Origin: Octopus sinensis
Taxonomy: Eukaryota
Assembly (NCBI RefSeq): GCF_006345805.1
Contig: NC_042999.1
Coordinates: forward strand, 154,008,001 to 154,072,000
Length of the DNA stretch: 64,000 bases
Reading direction: 5' to 3'
Below are positions 27,406 to 39,490 of this stretch, one piece after another (positions within the stretch are counted from its first letter, which is position 1; every line of letters begins with the position of its first letter). The position numbers were made by a program, and so were the translations under genes. The notes beneath the pieces were generated by a model. That model saw only the letters and a list, made by a program, of their open reading frames with translations, ran no database searches and had not been told where the DNA came from.

Positions 27406-27772
27406 CTGGGGGGGAAAAAAGTGTTGAATAACAAAAAAAAAAGAAAAGAAAAAAAACAACAACTATAGGCGAATTGGCAACAGAGTCGTTAGAGTATTTA
27501 ATCAAGTGTCCTGTGTCATTAATTCTGATTTGCTGTATTCTGGGTTCAAATTCCATCAATATCAACTTTACCATTCATTCATTCATTTGTGGGGTTGATA
27601 AAATAAAATACCAATACAGGGTATTGGAAGAACCATTAGAATGTCAGGTCAAATGCTTTGCAGATAAGTGGTCAGGGTATTCGGCTCACAACTGCAAGAC
27701 CACGACTCAGCTGACAAAAATGAGTAGTACCAGTAATTCAAAGGACCAACTTTGTCACATTTTGTGTTGCAC

Positions 27773-28025
27773 TCATGGAGGCAAAGTGGCCAAGTTCCTT
27801 TCAAGCACTGGGCTTCGTGGAGGCCAAGTAGCCAAGTTCCTTTCAAGCACTGGGCCTCATGGAGGCAAAAGTAGCCAAGTTCCTTTCAAGCATTGGGCCT
27901 CATAGAGGCAAAGTGGCTGAGTTCCTTTCGAGCATTGGGGTTCATGGAAGCAAAGTGGTTAAGTTCCTTTAAAGTATTGGGCCTCACAGAGGGAAAGTGA
28001 CCAAATTTCTTTCGAGTGTTTGGCC
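27773..28025. repeat. 42-bp tandem repeat, 6 units, at the 5' end of an RTE-derived element
   Basis: Unit catggaggcaaagtggccaagttcctttcaagcactgggcct. Two units of the same repeat occur at 59567-59635 on the other strand. Confidence 0.9.
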
Positions 28026-29220
28026 TCAGAGGCAATGACTGAGACCTTAGACATTATGTCATGCTTGAGAAGACACATCAAGCCAAGCAAAATTGCAGTT
28101 TTGGCAGATACTGTTGTCACACAAATGGCACCTGTGCCAGTGGCATGTAAAAGCACCCATTACATTCTCGGAGGGCATCCAGCCATAGAAAACCATGCCA
28201 AATCAGAATGATGTTTGGTGCAGCCTTCTAGCTTACCAGCCCAGTCAAACTGTCCAACCCATGCCAGCATGGACAACAGACATTAAATGATGATGATGCT
28301 GATCATCCAAAGAAGAACATTAGGGTTACGCATGTCAGTAAAATGCTCAGCCACTTGCAAGTTAACTTCAAAAGCAAGCTGTTCCGTAGACTGGATCAGC
28401 TGAGACCCTTGCCATCCAAACTAATGAAGTACCAGTGTGTGAATGGATAGGTGCAGACATGGCCACATGGTTCAGAGGTTTGCTCCCCAAACACTTGATC
28501 CTAGCTTCAGTCCCATTGTCTGGCTACAAGATCGTCTTCTATAGTCTTGAGCTGACCAAATCCTTGTGAGTGGAGACAGCAAACAGAAAGAAGTCCATCA
28601 TACACAGATGCTTGTGTGTGTGTATATGTGCTTATGTTTGTGCATACTCTAATTTATACATCATGAGTGAGAGTGTTATAAAAGTGCATCATCATACAAG
28701 CAGGTAGTTTTTTCTCCAGTCATCCATGAAAACATGTCTAGCTACAGGACTATATAATTTTGTTTGGAAATAAGGGAGGGCATGAAAGTGAAAGGCATCC
28801 ACCTGTAGAAAATCTGCCACAAGAGATTCCATCTGATCCATGCAAGCATGGAGAAGTGGACATTAAATGATAATGATAGTTTATATAACTGCACGTGTAC
28901 TGTTGTTGATGTTTCTTTATTTTTCCTTTTTTCTTTTTGGACTTTCCTGTTTCAAATGAAGAGTTAAGCTCAAAATATTAACAACAACCCAACAACTCTC
29001 TTTTTTTCACTGAGCATCAAATTTTTAGTTTTTCCTCTTTTTGCATTCTTTGAAATAATTACACATACAAACTCTCTTATACACACACGCGCGCACCTTC
29101 GTTTTGGGATCACTACTACTTTATTATCTCCCCTTCTCCCTAGCTCTCCTCTGTGACCCTTCTGTCCAGCATTCGCCATAATAGATCGCTAGCCACTACA
29201 CATTATTTTCTCTCCTTGCT

Positions 29221-29258
29221 TCTTTCTGTGGAAGAGCATAGGCTCGAAATGTTAAAGA
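29221..29258 (+). ncRNA. Minimal hammerhead-like motif (A6U core) in a (TA)n-terminated element (about 29195-29352); related copy at 45558-45593
   Basis: TCTTT CTGTGGA A GAGC atag GCTC GAAA TGT T AAAGA, with a perfect 5-bp stem I. The second copy reads CTGTTGA A GAGC gcag GCTC GAAA CAT A. Confidence 0.45.
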
Positions 29259-29614
29259 CTTTTTCACTTCCTGAATGTTATACTAATACATCTGTTTGTT
29301 GTCTACACCACCTGTCTTTGTCTTTTTGTGAATTCTTCCTATATATATATATGTACTATAATAGTACTCTTGTTTTTCACCATCATAACATATGAATGAG
29401 AAATGAAGGGGTTATGGCAAACTGGTCGGATGGTGAACATTCAACGCTGTGTGAGTATATATGTGTGCATGTACAAGAGAAGTATGTGAACATTGACAAG
29501 TGTATTAATTTGATCTACCAACCATATTTATTTATAAAATATTACAATTAGCCATCGTTTTTGATGGTACGAGACCCACTAATATAGACAGACAGACAGA
29601 CAGATAGATAGATA

Positions 29615-29824
29615 CAGTAATCCCCTCCACAACATCCAAAACCTCCCGTAATAGGTGAAAATCCACCAAGAAGAAACACTACTGTACTGCATTCTTTTCT
29701 TTATTATTTTTATAATTTGTATATATTTTATTATAAATGCAAAACACCACAACGGAGAAACTGATGTAAGCTTAAATAATAATAAACTGTGATAAGTGAA
29801 CCGTGATATGGCAAGGGATTACTG
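29615..29824. mobile_element. Tc1/pogo(Tigger)-type MITE
   Basis: TA|CAGTAATCCC...GGGATTACTG|TA: 10-bp perfect terminal inverted repeats with TA duplication. Confidence 0.65.
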
Positions 29825-30016
29825 TATACATAGGAACAGGTGTGGCTGTGTGGTGAGAAGTTTGCTTCTCAGCCACATGGTTCTGGGTTCAGTTCCACAA
29901 AGTGACACTGGTCAAGTGTTGTCTACAATAGCCCCAGGCCAACCAAAGACTTGTGAGTGTATTTGGTAGACAGAAATTGAAAAAAGCCCATTGTGTGTGT
30001 GCATATATATATATAT

Positions 30017-32145
30017 CATCATCATCATCATTTAGCGTCCGCTTTCCATGCTAGCATGGGTTGGACGGGTCAACTGGGGTCTGTGAAGCTGGAAGGCTTC
30101 GTCAGGCCCAGTCAGATCTGGCAGTGTTTCTACGGCTGGATGCCCTTCCTAACGCCAACCACTCCGCGAGTGTAGTGGGTGTTTTTTACGTGCCACCTGC
30201 ACAGGTGCCAGACAGAGCTGGCGAACGGCCACGAACGGATGGTGCTTTTACATGTCACCGGCACGGGGCCAGGCGATGCTGGCAACGGACACGAACGGAT
30301 GGTGCTTTTACGTGTCACCGACACGGGGCCAGGCAGAGCTGGCAAACGGCCACGAGCGAATGGTGCTCTTACGTATCACTGGCACGGGTGCCAGACGAGG
30401 CTGACAGCGGACACGAACGGATGGGTCACTTAACCCCTGCTTTCTGATATATGATTTGATTTTGATTGTTCTCACTGGTCTTGCCGGTCTTCTCACGCAC
30501 AGCATACTTCCATAGGTCTCGGTCTCTGGTCATTTCCTTGGTGAGACCTAGAGTTCGAAGGTCATGCTTCACCACCTCGACCCAGGTTTTCCTGGGTCTA
30601 CCTCTTCCACAGGTCCCCTCAACTGTCAGGGTGTGGCACTTTTTCACACACCTATCTTCATCCATTCTCACCACATGACCATACCAGCGCAATCGTCTCT
30701 CTTGCACACAACATCTGATGCCTCTTAGGTCCAACTTTTCTCTCAAGGTACTTACACTCTGTCGACTATGAACACTGACATTACACATCCAACGGAGCAT
30801 ACTAGCTTCATTTCTCGCGAGCTTACGCATGTCCTCAGCAGTCACGGCCCATGTTTCACTGCCATGTAGCATGGCTGTTCGTACACATGCATCATACAGT
30901 CTGCTTTTACTCTGAGCGAGAGGCCTTTAGTCACCAACAGAGGTAAGAGCTCCCTAAACTTTGCCCAGGCTATTCTTACTCTAGCTGTTACACTTTCAGC
31001 ACACCCACCCCCACTACTGACTTGGTCACCAAGATAACGGAAGCTATCAACTACTTCTAGTTTTTCCCCCTGGAAAGTGACGGAAGTTGTTTTCTGCAGA
31101 TTTTCAGAGGTTAATGCTCCCGAGCATCTGCCACATACAAAAACCATCTTCCTAGTTAGCCTTCCTATGACATTGCTGCACCTCTTTGTGTCCATAGCTT
31201 ACACTTGGTGCATCTTATAGAGTTTCTACCTACACCTTTTCTACAGATCGAGCAGGGCCATCTACCTGAAGGCGTTTGTGATTTGTCTACCTTCCTACTT
31301 ATTACAACTTTGGTTTTAGCTAGGTTGACTCTAAGGCCCTTCGATTCTAAACCATGCTTCCACACCTGAAACTTCTTCTCCAGTTCTGATAATGACTCAG
31401 CAATTAGAGCAAGGTCATCAGCATAGAGGAGCTCCCAGGGGCATCCTGTCTTGAATTCCTCCGTTATTGCCAGGAGGACTATGATAAATAGGAGGGGGCT
31501 GAGGACTGAGCCTTGGTGGACCCCTACCTCTACCCGGAATTCTTCACTGTACTCATTGCCAACCCTCACCTTACTAGCAGCGTCCCTGTACATGGCTTGC
31601 ACAGCTCTCACTAACCATTCATCTATTCCTAGTTTCCTCATTGACCACCATATGAGGGATCGGGGGACCCTGTTGAAGGCTTTCTCCATGTCAACAAAAG
31701 CCAGGTACAGGGGCTTATCTTTGGCTAGGTATTTCTCCTGCAGCTGCCTTACCAGGAATATAGCATCAGTGGTACTTTTCCCTGGCACGAAACCAAACTG
31801 CATCTCATCTAAACTAACTCTCTCTCTAATTAGTTGGCTTATGACCCTCTCTGTAACCTTCATCACCTGATCCAACAGCTTGATACCTCTGTAATTATTT
31901 GTATCTAGGGCATCACCTTTACCTTTGTAGCAGTTGACTATTATGCTGCTACACCAGTCATTGGGTATGACTCCTTCATGTATCACCTGATTAACTATAC
32001 AGGTGACTAGGCTATAGCCGACACTACCAGATATTTTGAGCATCTCTGCAGTGATACCTGATGGGCCTGGGGCTTTCCCTGTCTTCATGCTTCTGATTGC
32101 CTTAGCTACCAAGGAACTATCAACCCTGATAGCTGGTCCCTCTAT
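30017..32145 (-). mobile_element. 5'-truncated RTE-type non-LTR retrotransposon: reverse transcriptase ORF broken by two frameshifts, 3' UTR and (GAT)n tail
   Basis: ORFs 31165-32112, 30842-31195 and 30426-30872 give the RT motifs KAPGPSG, NYRGI, QFGF, FVDMEKAF, GVHQGSVLSP and LLYADD, followed by FRYLG, HGSETW, RRLRWYGHV and GRGRPRKTW, which are typical of RTE. The element runs directly into a 3' UTR ending in (GAT)n at 30017. Confidence 0.95.
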
Positions 32146-34058
32146 AATGAAAATAATAATAATAATAATAATAATATAATAATAATAATAATATTAGGGA
32201 GTATAACACCAAACTTACAGGGAAAAATTCAATTTAGTATTAAATCAAATTTTGCAATATAAATATGTAATATATATATAAATTAAAGAAAAATATATAT
32301 TTATGTATCTGAATATGATCGATGCCAGGTCTACATGATTGGTTTCCGTGCGAGTAGCATGTAAAAAGCACCATCAGAACATGATCAATGCCAGGCCTGC
32401 TTGACTGGATCCTGTGCCGGTGGCATGTAAAAAGCACCCATTACACTCTCAGAGTGGTTGTTATTAGGAAGGGCATCCAGACCTCAGTCAAACTGTCCAA
32501 CCCATGCCAGCATGGAAAACAGAAGGTAACCGATGATGATGGTGATGATGTATGTGTCATTGTTTGTCCCCCACCACCACATGACAATTGCTGTTGGCTT
32601 GTTTACATCCCTATGACATAGCATTACAGCTAAAGAGACGATAGAATATATACCAAATTTCAAAGATAAATACTGGGCTGGATTCATTCAACCACACCCC
32701 TCAAGGCAGTGCCCCAGCATGGTCGCACTCCAATGACTGAAACAAGAAAAGATAAAAGATGTATATTTATAGATATACACATATACTCAAGTTATCTATA
32801 GTGAAAAGCACCCAAGCTGGTGCCATGTAAAAAGTACATGTATAACGCACTGGTACTACAATAAAAACGCACCCAGTGCACTCTATAAAATGGTTGGCAT
32901 TAGGAATGGCATCAAGTCATAGAAACCATGCCAAGACAAACAATAGGAGCCAGGTGCAGCTCCTTAGCTTTAGCCAGCTCTTGTCAGTGTTCAACCCATG
33001 CCAGCATCATCATCATTTAATGTCTGCTTTCCATGCTGGCATGGATTTGATGGTTTGACAGAACTGGCAAACCAGGAGGCTGCACCAGGCTCCAATCAAA
33101 TCTGGCAAGGGATCTACAGCTGGATGCCCTTCCTATTACCAACTACTCCGAGAGTATAGTGAGAGCCAGTCAGGTGGCATTTTACATACCACTGGCATGG
33201 GTGCCAGTCAGGTGGCACTGGCATCAGTCATGACTATTGATTTCACTTTGTTCAAAAGGTCTTCAGAAGCACAGCATACTGCCCAACAACTGAAGGCTGC
33301 TTTCAAGTGGGCCAGTTATGCAACATAAGAATTGGCCACAGCTACAGTCTTAGAAAAATGGATATTAGATGATGACGACGATGATAATGTATATTTCATA
33401 TTTCACCTTCAGAGTTTAATGTCAATCACTCATTCAAATTCAGTGTCAGATAAATTTAGCAGAAGTTCTCAGCTGAATGTATCAAAACTCCAATATTATA
33501 TTGTCTTTTTATGTTCTTGTTCGCTTGTTTAAGTAGGATTAATCAACATTTAATCAATATTTGATCAATATTTAAAGTTATTCCACAAAGCAGAAGATTT
33601 AAAGCTTTTGTCGATGGCTCGGATCAGTTTAGCTTTCATTGTTTAATGTGAGAAATATTATCTTCATTTTGTCTTTGACTTTCGGTTCTACTGATACCAT
33701 AAACTTTTGTAGAACAGTTATTGAAGATGTATCTGTCAACTTATAGCAGAGAGGACAAGAGACAGAATGACATCATCATCATCGTTTAACGTCTGTTTTC
33801 TGACAGAAAAAGAAAGACTAAGGGAGACAGGTAGTATGTGATTGAGAGACAGTTGTTATAAATACTCACAACATTCCATTATCATTTAACATCATTTTTA
33901 ATGTCAATTTTTCTATGCTTGCATGGGTCATTCAGAGATTATTGTGGCAAATTTTCAATGGTTGGATGTCTTCCCTGTTGCCCACACTCACCTCTTTCCT
34001 TTCTAACAAAAATGGAATAAGGAAACACACCCTCACACATATATACACACATACATAC

Positions 34059-34093
<35 letters not shown>

Positions 34094-34095
<2 letters not shown>

Positions 34096-34268
34096 TAGAG
34101 ATAAAACCACTATTATGCAACATTTATGTATTGGTTTATGTCGATCACTGTTTGAGTTGCATAGTAGTGGTTTTATCTCTAATATATATTTTATATATTT
34201 ATACTGTGAAATTTGATTTAATACTAAATTGAATTTTTCCCTGTAAGTTTGGAGTTATACTCCCTAAT
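34094..34268. mobile_element. (TA)n-flanked composite with a 28-bp fold-back; the distal part recurs inverted at 32196-32280
   Basis: Arms 34094-34121 and 34156-34183 are complementary. The segment gggagtataac.ccaaacttacagggaaaaattcaatttagtattaaatcaaattt occurs twice in opposite orientation. Confidence 0.6.
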
Positions 34269-34278
34269 CTTCTTCTTC

Positions 34279-34355
<77 letters not shown>

Positions 34356-35170
34356 CAGGCTTTTTTCAGGGTCTATGAAATCCAGTCAAAAGGCTTTGGT
34401 AAGTCAAGAGCTCTAGCAGAAAACACTTGCTCAAGGTGCCATGCAGTGGGACTGAACCCAGAACCATGCGGTTGGGAAACAAGCTTCTTACAATACAATC
34501 ATGCTTTCAAAAGTGTGTGTGTGTGCGCCACTGTTTGTGTGAAGTAATAAAAACAAGAAATACTCAATAACATTTTGTAGAGCACATATTTTTTTCCTTT
34601 TGTATAGTACATATTTATATTATTCTTAAGCAAGAATCATATTGATAGTGACTTAGTATATATATATATATATTCTATAATTATATACATAATTATAATC
34701 AGGGGTCAACTGATTGATTTGCCATGCACTGATTTAGAAATAGGATCTAAATACCTTTTCTACTATCATAAAAGATCTTCAAGACAGTAAACACGCTTTT
34801 TACATAGGCAAAGAAAATAAATAAATAAAAAAAAAATAATCCAAATGACTAAGATTAGCTACATACGTGTTTCAAGATTAAAGCAAAGTTATATTTACTT
34901 ATTTCTCATCTTCAGTGTAGCATTTTGAAATATAAATTATCATTATATATATATATATATATAGGTGCAGGAGTGCCTGAGTGGTAAGTAGCTTGCTTAC
35001 CAGCCACATGGTTTTGGGTTCAGTCCCACTGCATGGCACCTTGGGCAAGTGTCTTCTACTATAGCCTTGGGTCGACCAAAACCTTGAGAGTGGATTTGGC
35101 AGACCGAAACCGAAAGAAGCTCATCATATATATTTTTTTCATACGTTTTTTTTTTTTCATAGCATTTTTC

Positions 35171-35250
35171 CGGTGGCCAAATAACTGAAGAGATGGCGGT
35201 GGGGATTTCCACCCCGACATCCGAAACTCGGAGTTTTATCATGGCTACCG
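35171..35250 (+). ncRNA. Type I hammerhead ribozyme motif in a (TA)n-flanked element (about 35131-35338)
   Basis: Stem I CGGTGGCCA/TGGCTACCG plus ATAA/TTAT; core CTGAAGA at 35185-35191; stem II GATG/CATC with inner GGTGG/CCACC; GAAA at 35223-35226; palindromic stem III ACTCGGAGT; predicted cleavage after GUU (35235/35236). Confidence 0.75.
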
Positions 35251-35336
35251 AATAAGTGTCACATATTAAATTTACAGATAAATTCCTCTATTTACATAAT
35301 ATCGAGGTCTCGTTCTTTCTTTTATCTTACCGTTTT

Positions 35337-35370
<34 letters not shown>

Positions 35371-36043
35371 AATAAAATAAACAGTTTTGACACAGAATTT
35401 ATTTCTCTTTAAACATTTTCTTTCTTGACTTCACAATAGAGTCATGTGATTAGTGCCATTAACAAACATGGAGGCATCTGAACACTACACCATTTACACT
35501 TCATTTCTGCATTGAATACTACTTCTTTGGAAAACTACACACAAATACATACACATGGAATGGTGAGAGGTACATAAATTGAAAAAGAGACAAATGATGT
35601 GGGGGAGAGAGGTGTGAGAGAAAGAGGCAATGCATCCAAGTGCGTAATCCAAACACTAATTGACTATTTCTTAGGATCCATAGTAATGTATACATGTAAA
35701 AGTGTATGCATGCATGTGTGTGTGTGTGTTTGTATGCATGGCAATAAATGAAGATACACAGTTAACTGTGAGATTGACTTATAAATGAAGATACAGGACA
35801 AGCAAAGATTGGAATGGAATGGGAGAGTCGTATGAAATGCCTCCAGTGGGAATTAAGATGTGCATCATCTGTTGTGTTAATTATTTGCTGAGAGCAACTG
35901 CAAGTATGTGCGTCAAAGTGTGTAAATGTGTATTTATTTAAGAATTGCAATAATTCTCGGAAAAATAATTAACAGAAAACATGGTGATGAAGACAAAGCT
36001 AAGTAACTAATTTTATATTCTCGACAGTAGAAAGAACTGTTAA

Positions 36044-36490
36044 TCCTTTCGTAACTGTATTTATTTTGAGATGCTCTGTGTTTATTTCAATTACTTTAAA
36101 TATAACAAAGAATTTAGTAAAACAACTTAGTTATCATTAAGCTAGTGTTAGGAACATAAATTGTAACTTAAGATTTAGTGGAAGATTTGAATTCAAAACT
36201 TATGAAAACAAGACATTTGTACTACAGAGCGAGAAGGGGTTTCAACTGGGTTGGTATCAAAAGGGTTAACCCTTTTGTTACTGTATTTATTTTGAAATGC
36301 TCTGTGTTTCTTTCAATTACTATAAATATTACAAAGAATTTAGTAAAATAACTTGGTTATCATTAAGCTAGTGTTAGAAATATAAAATGTGACAAAGGTT
36401 TGGTGGAAGATTTCAATTCAAAACTTATGAAAACAAGACATTTGTATTAAAGAGCCAGAGCCAGTTTCAGCCGGGTTGGTAACAAAAGGG
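36044..36490 (-). mobile_element. Head-to-tail dimer of the same piggyBac-type MITE sharing one TTAA
   Basis: Junction ...ATCAAAAGGG TTAA CCCTTTTGTTAC... at 36263-36272; outer TTAA at 36040-36043 and 36491-36494. Confidence 0.85.
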
Positions 36491-36547
36491 TTAAAGACAA
36501 AGAAAGACTGATACACTGAGCCAGAGGAGTACTGATGTAATACTTAA

Positions 36548-36762
36548 CCCTTCAGCATTTCAATTACTCTGTCAAATGTAATCTTTATTCATAATGTTTT
36601 GAATTAATCAAGCATTATCTCATAGCCTTGAAATTTCGATGATTTGGTTGTCAATTTTTAGAATGGCATTACTGGGTAGGTGTAAGGGGCCAGATCTGGC
36701 AGGTTTGGACATAAAACAAGTAGGATATCTGGGCCGGGTGTGTCCAGGATTAACGTCAAAGG
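36548..36762 (+). mobile_element. Second TTAA-type MITE family (CCCTTTAGCATT termini); others at 8871-9078 -, 18815-19018 +, 23890-24030 + (truncated)
   Basis: Shared body cattgttttgaattaatca...tagaatgacattgtagggt, with CCCTT...AAGGG-like ends next to TTAA. Confidence 0.75.
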
Positions 36763-37357
36763 TCAACAACAACAGTGGCATCATTGTATCTTTGGCATTG
36801 TCATCATCAACGTTTGAGTGTTGGCATGGATTGGACAGTTTTACAGGGGCAGTGTTCTTACACCAGATGCCCTTACTTATTGCCAACCCTTTTAGTTGCC
36901 TCTCATGGCAACACAGAGATGCAGAAGGCTTTCTCTAAAACTAGGATACTCATGGTAAACGGCCCTTGTAAATTTGTATTTCTCTCTTAAACTTTTACTT
37001 ATTTCAGTTATTAGACTACGGCCCAAATGAATCAACCCGAGTACATAGTTTTTAAAGCCTGATATATATTCTCTCAGCCTCTTTTACCAAACCACTAAGT
37101 TATGGGGACATAAACAAACCAACAATGGTTGTCAAGTGGTGATGGGTGACAAACACAGAAAGACACACTCACACAGATATACACATACTTTTATTAAATA
37201 GCTGTCTAAATATACTCCTTCCTGTTGACTATTTATTCAATTTATATAAAATCTATATAAGAATTTATCAAGTAGTCAGCATGAAAAACGAGTTAAGGGG
37301 AAAATTTATACAAAATATAATTATTCCCTTTAAATATAAATACATTCATTATATTTA

Positions 37358-37590
37358 CAGGGTCAGCCAAAAGTCACCCAACAGTAAATCAAAATTCCAT
37401 AAATACTATCTGTAATTCTGTATTGACCCGAATGGAAGAATGCGTCACTCAAGAATGTCTTCAGATTGAACAATTTCCATTATGGTTCATATTCAGATGA
37501 TTTTATTAAATTCATTCAGTTGTTAAATGCAAATAAATCTTGGAATTAAATAGTTTTGATTTACTATCAGGTAACTTTTGACTAACCCTA
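37358..37590. mobile_element. Tc1/mariner-type MITE
   Basis: TA|CAGGGTCAGCCAAAAGTCACC...GGTAACTTTTGACTAACCCTA|TA: 21-bp terminal inverted repeats with 4 mismatches. Confidence 0.65.
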
Positions 37591-37694
37591 TATATATGTA
37601 TGTGTGTATATATATTCAAAATGTGACAGCGTGTGTACCGTTGGCGATTTTTTTTTCCTCCGTCTTCCCTTCTTTGGATCTTTCCTTTTCCTAT

Positions 37695-37729
37695 GCTTCT
37701 GATGAAGAGCTCCGCTCGAAATGTTAAAT
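37695..37729 (+). ncRNA. Minimal hammerhead-like motif, decayed, in a (TA)n-terminated element (about 37600-37835)
   Basis: CTGATGA A GAGC tcc GCTC GAAA TGT T AAAT. Stem I is weak, and stem III looks like CpG-decayed ACGT. Confidence 0.5.
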
Positions 37730-38546
37730 CCTCCTTCTTTCCTGAGTGTCCAATAATACTATACTTGTTCCCTGTCCTCGCGTTGCTGTGTCTTCTCTTT
37801 GTGTTTTCATGTTTGGATTAACTTTATATATATATAGTAGTACCTCAGTTTTCAAACAACTCTGATCACGAATAAATCGTACTTTATATATGTATATGTG
37901 CGTGTGTCATCACCTTCATCATCACTTAACATCCATTTTCCATGCTGGCATGGGTTGCATGGTTTGATAGGAGCTACCAAGAAGGAGAGCAGCACCAGGC
38001 TTCGTTTGTTTGCTTTGACAAGGTTTCTCTGTCTGCATGCTCTTCCTAACACCAACCCCTTTACAGTGTACTGGGTGGTTTTTTTTTACATGGCACCAAC
38101 ACCAGTACGTTTTACATGGCACTGCACATATATTTCAAAGCCGTTGGCTTTATATTGTTACATCAACACCAGAAGTTAATCCATGATCCTCAATCCACAA
38201 ATTCACACCCACACACAAGCACACTAGTAATAGCAGCCTGACTGTCTTCAAATTACAACCCCTACCATCTTAGAACATATTGGACAATGTGAAGCTGGAT
38301 TACCCGCACAAACGAACTATAGGATTGCCATAGGTGGAATGTCTCTGACCACAGGTCTGATTCAGATGAACTGAGGTTATATAAGAACCACACACAAGCA
38401 TATTCACTACATACTCAAATGCTATTTGTGTGTCTTTGTAACTATGTTTTAAGCATTCAAAATTTGATATTGTAGACCAAAAAAGAAAACAGCAACCTTA
38501 AATGATGATATATTTTTAGCAATGAATTAGATAAAAATAGTAAGGA

Positions 38547-38580
<34 letters not shown>

Positions 38581-39490
38581 TGTGGTAGGATGAAAGGTGA
38601 GATGAGGTGAATACACATTTCACCAATGAAAAATTTCTATGACATTTGTAACAGAGAAAGAGATAGGGAGAAGAGACAAGACAAGTGGATTAATTATGGT
38701 GACATTATGATAATATTATCATCATCATATATGTTTATCACTATGTATTAACTGATAAGCAATAAAGGAACCCACCTAACTGAGAAACTAGTCAGTTGGA
38801 CGAGAAAAGGTCAAACTCAGAATGATGAGATAACACAAGCTGATAGAAAAACCACTTCATTTATTGACTAAACTTAGCATTTCTTCCACCACATTTGTTT
38901 AAATATATATTTACCACATGCCAGAAGTTCTCTTCTTTAAAATGACAAGAATTGCATCATAAAAAGAGATAAAAAAAATCTGGCGGTATTCTTACCCAGA
39001 TATTAAACCATTTTGCGGCAGTTATTTATCAGTAAGGTCTTTTATATCTGGTCACTTTTACCTCACACTGAATCAACTGAGGGCAATCTTGGCATGTTGG
39101 GACGTCCCAATTTTCTGAAAGGTCTAACCTTATCTGAAACTAACTCTTCTTGAAATACACCAACACAATTCTTAACTTGCCTAGATATCCTTTCCTCTTG
39201 ATCACTTTTTTGGGGTTTTTTTGTCTTTTATCCCATGCATTAGGAATGGACTTCTAACATTCATTGCAGTCTTTTTTTTTTTTTATCTAACTTATTGCTG
39301 CTTTTTGTCAACTCTTTTACCCTTTACCAATATGCTGTAGTGAACCTGAGCACACTACGAGAAGCTTATTTTCAAAACCAGTACAAGTGCATTTGGTCAA
39401 TTTCATGATAACCATTGAAACAATCTGCAAGCTGCTGGCTTCACCTTCATGGAATTTTTTTCAGTCTAACTTGGGAGAGATGCTATATCT

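Noticed and set aside
23262-28025. CRISPR-like interpretation of the 57-bp and 42-bp arrays
   Set aside because: Units are contiguous with no unique spacers, there are no cas genes, and the context is eukaryotic.
39062-39133. Minus-strand 72-nt exon IRLDLSENWDVPTCQDCPQLIQCE
   Set aside because: Poor pyrimidine tract, and phase 0 does not fit the chain at this position.
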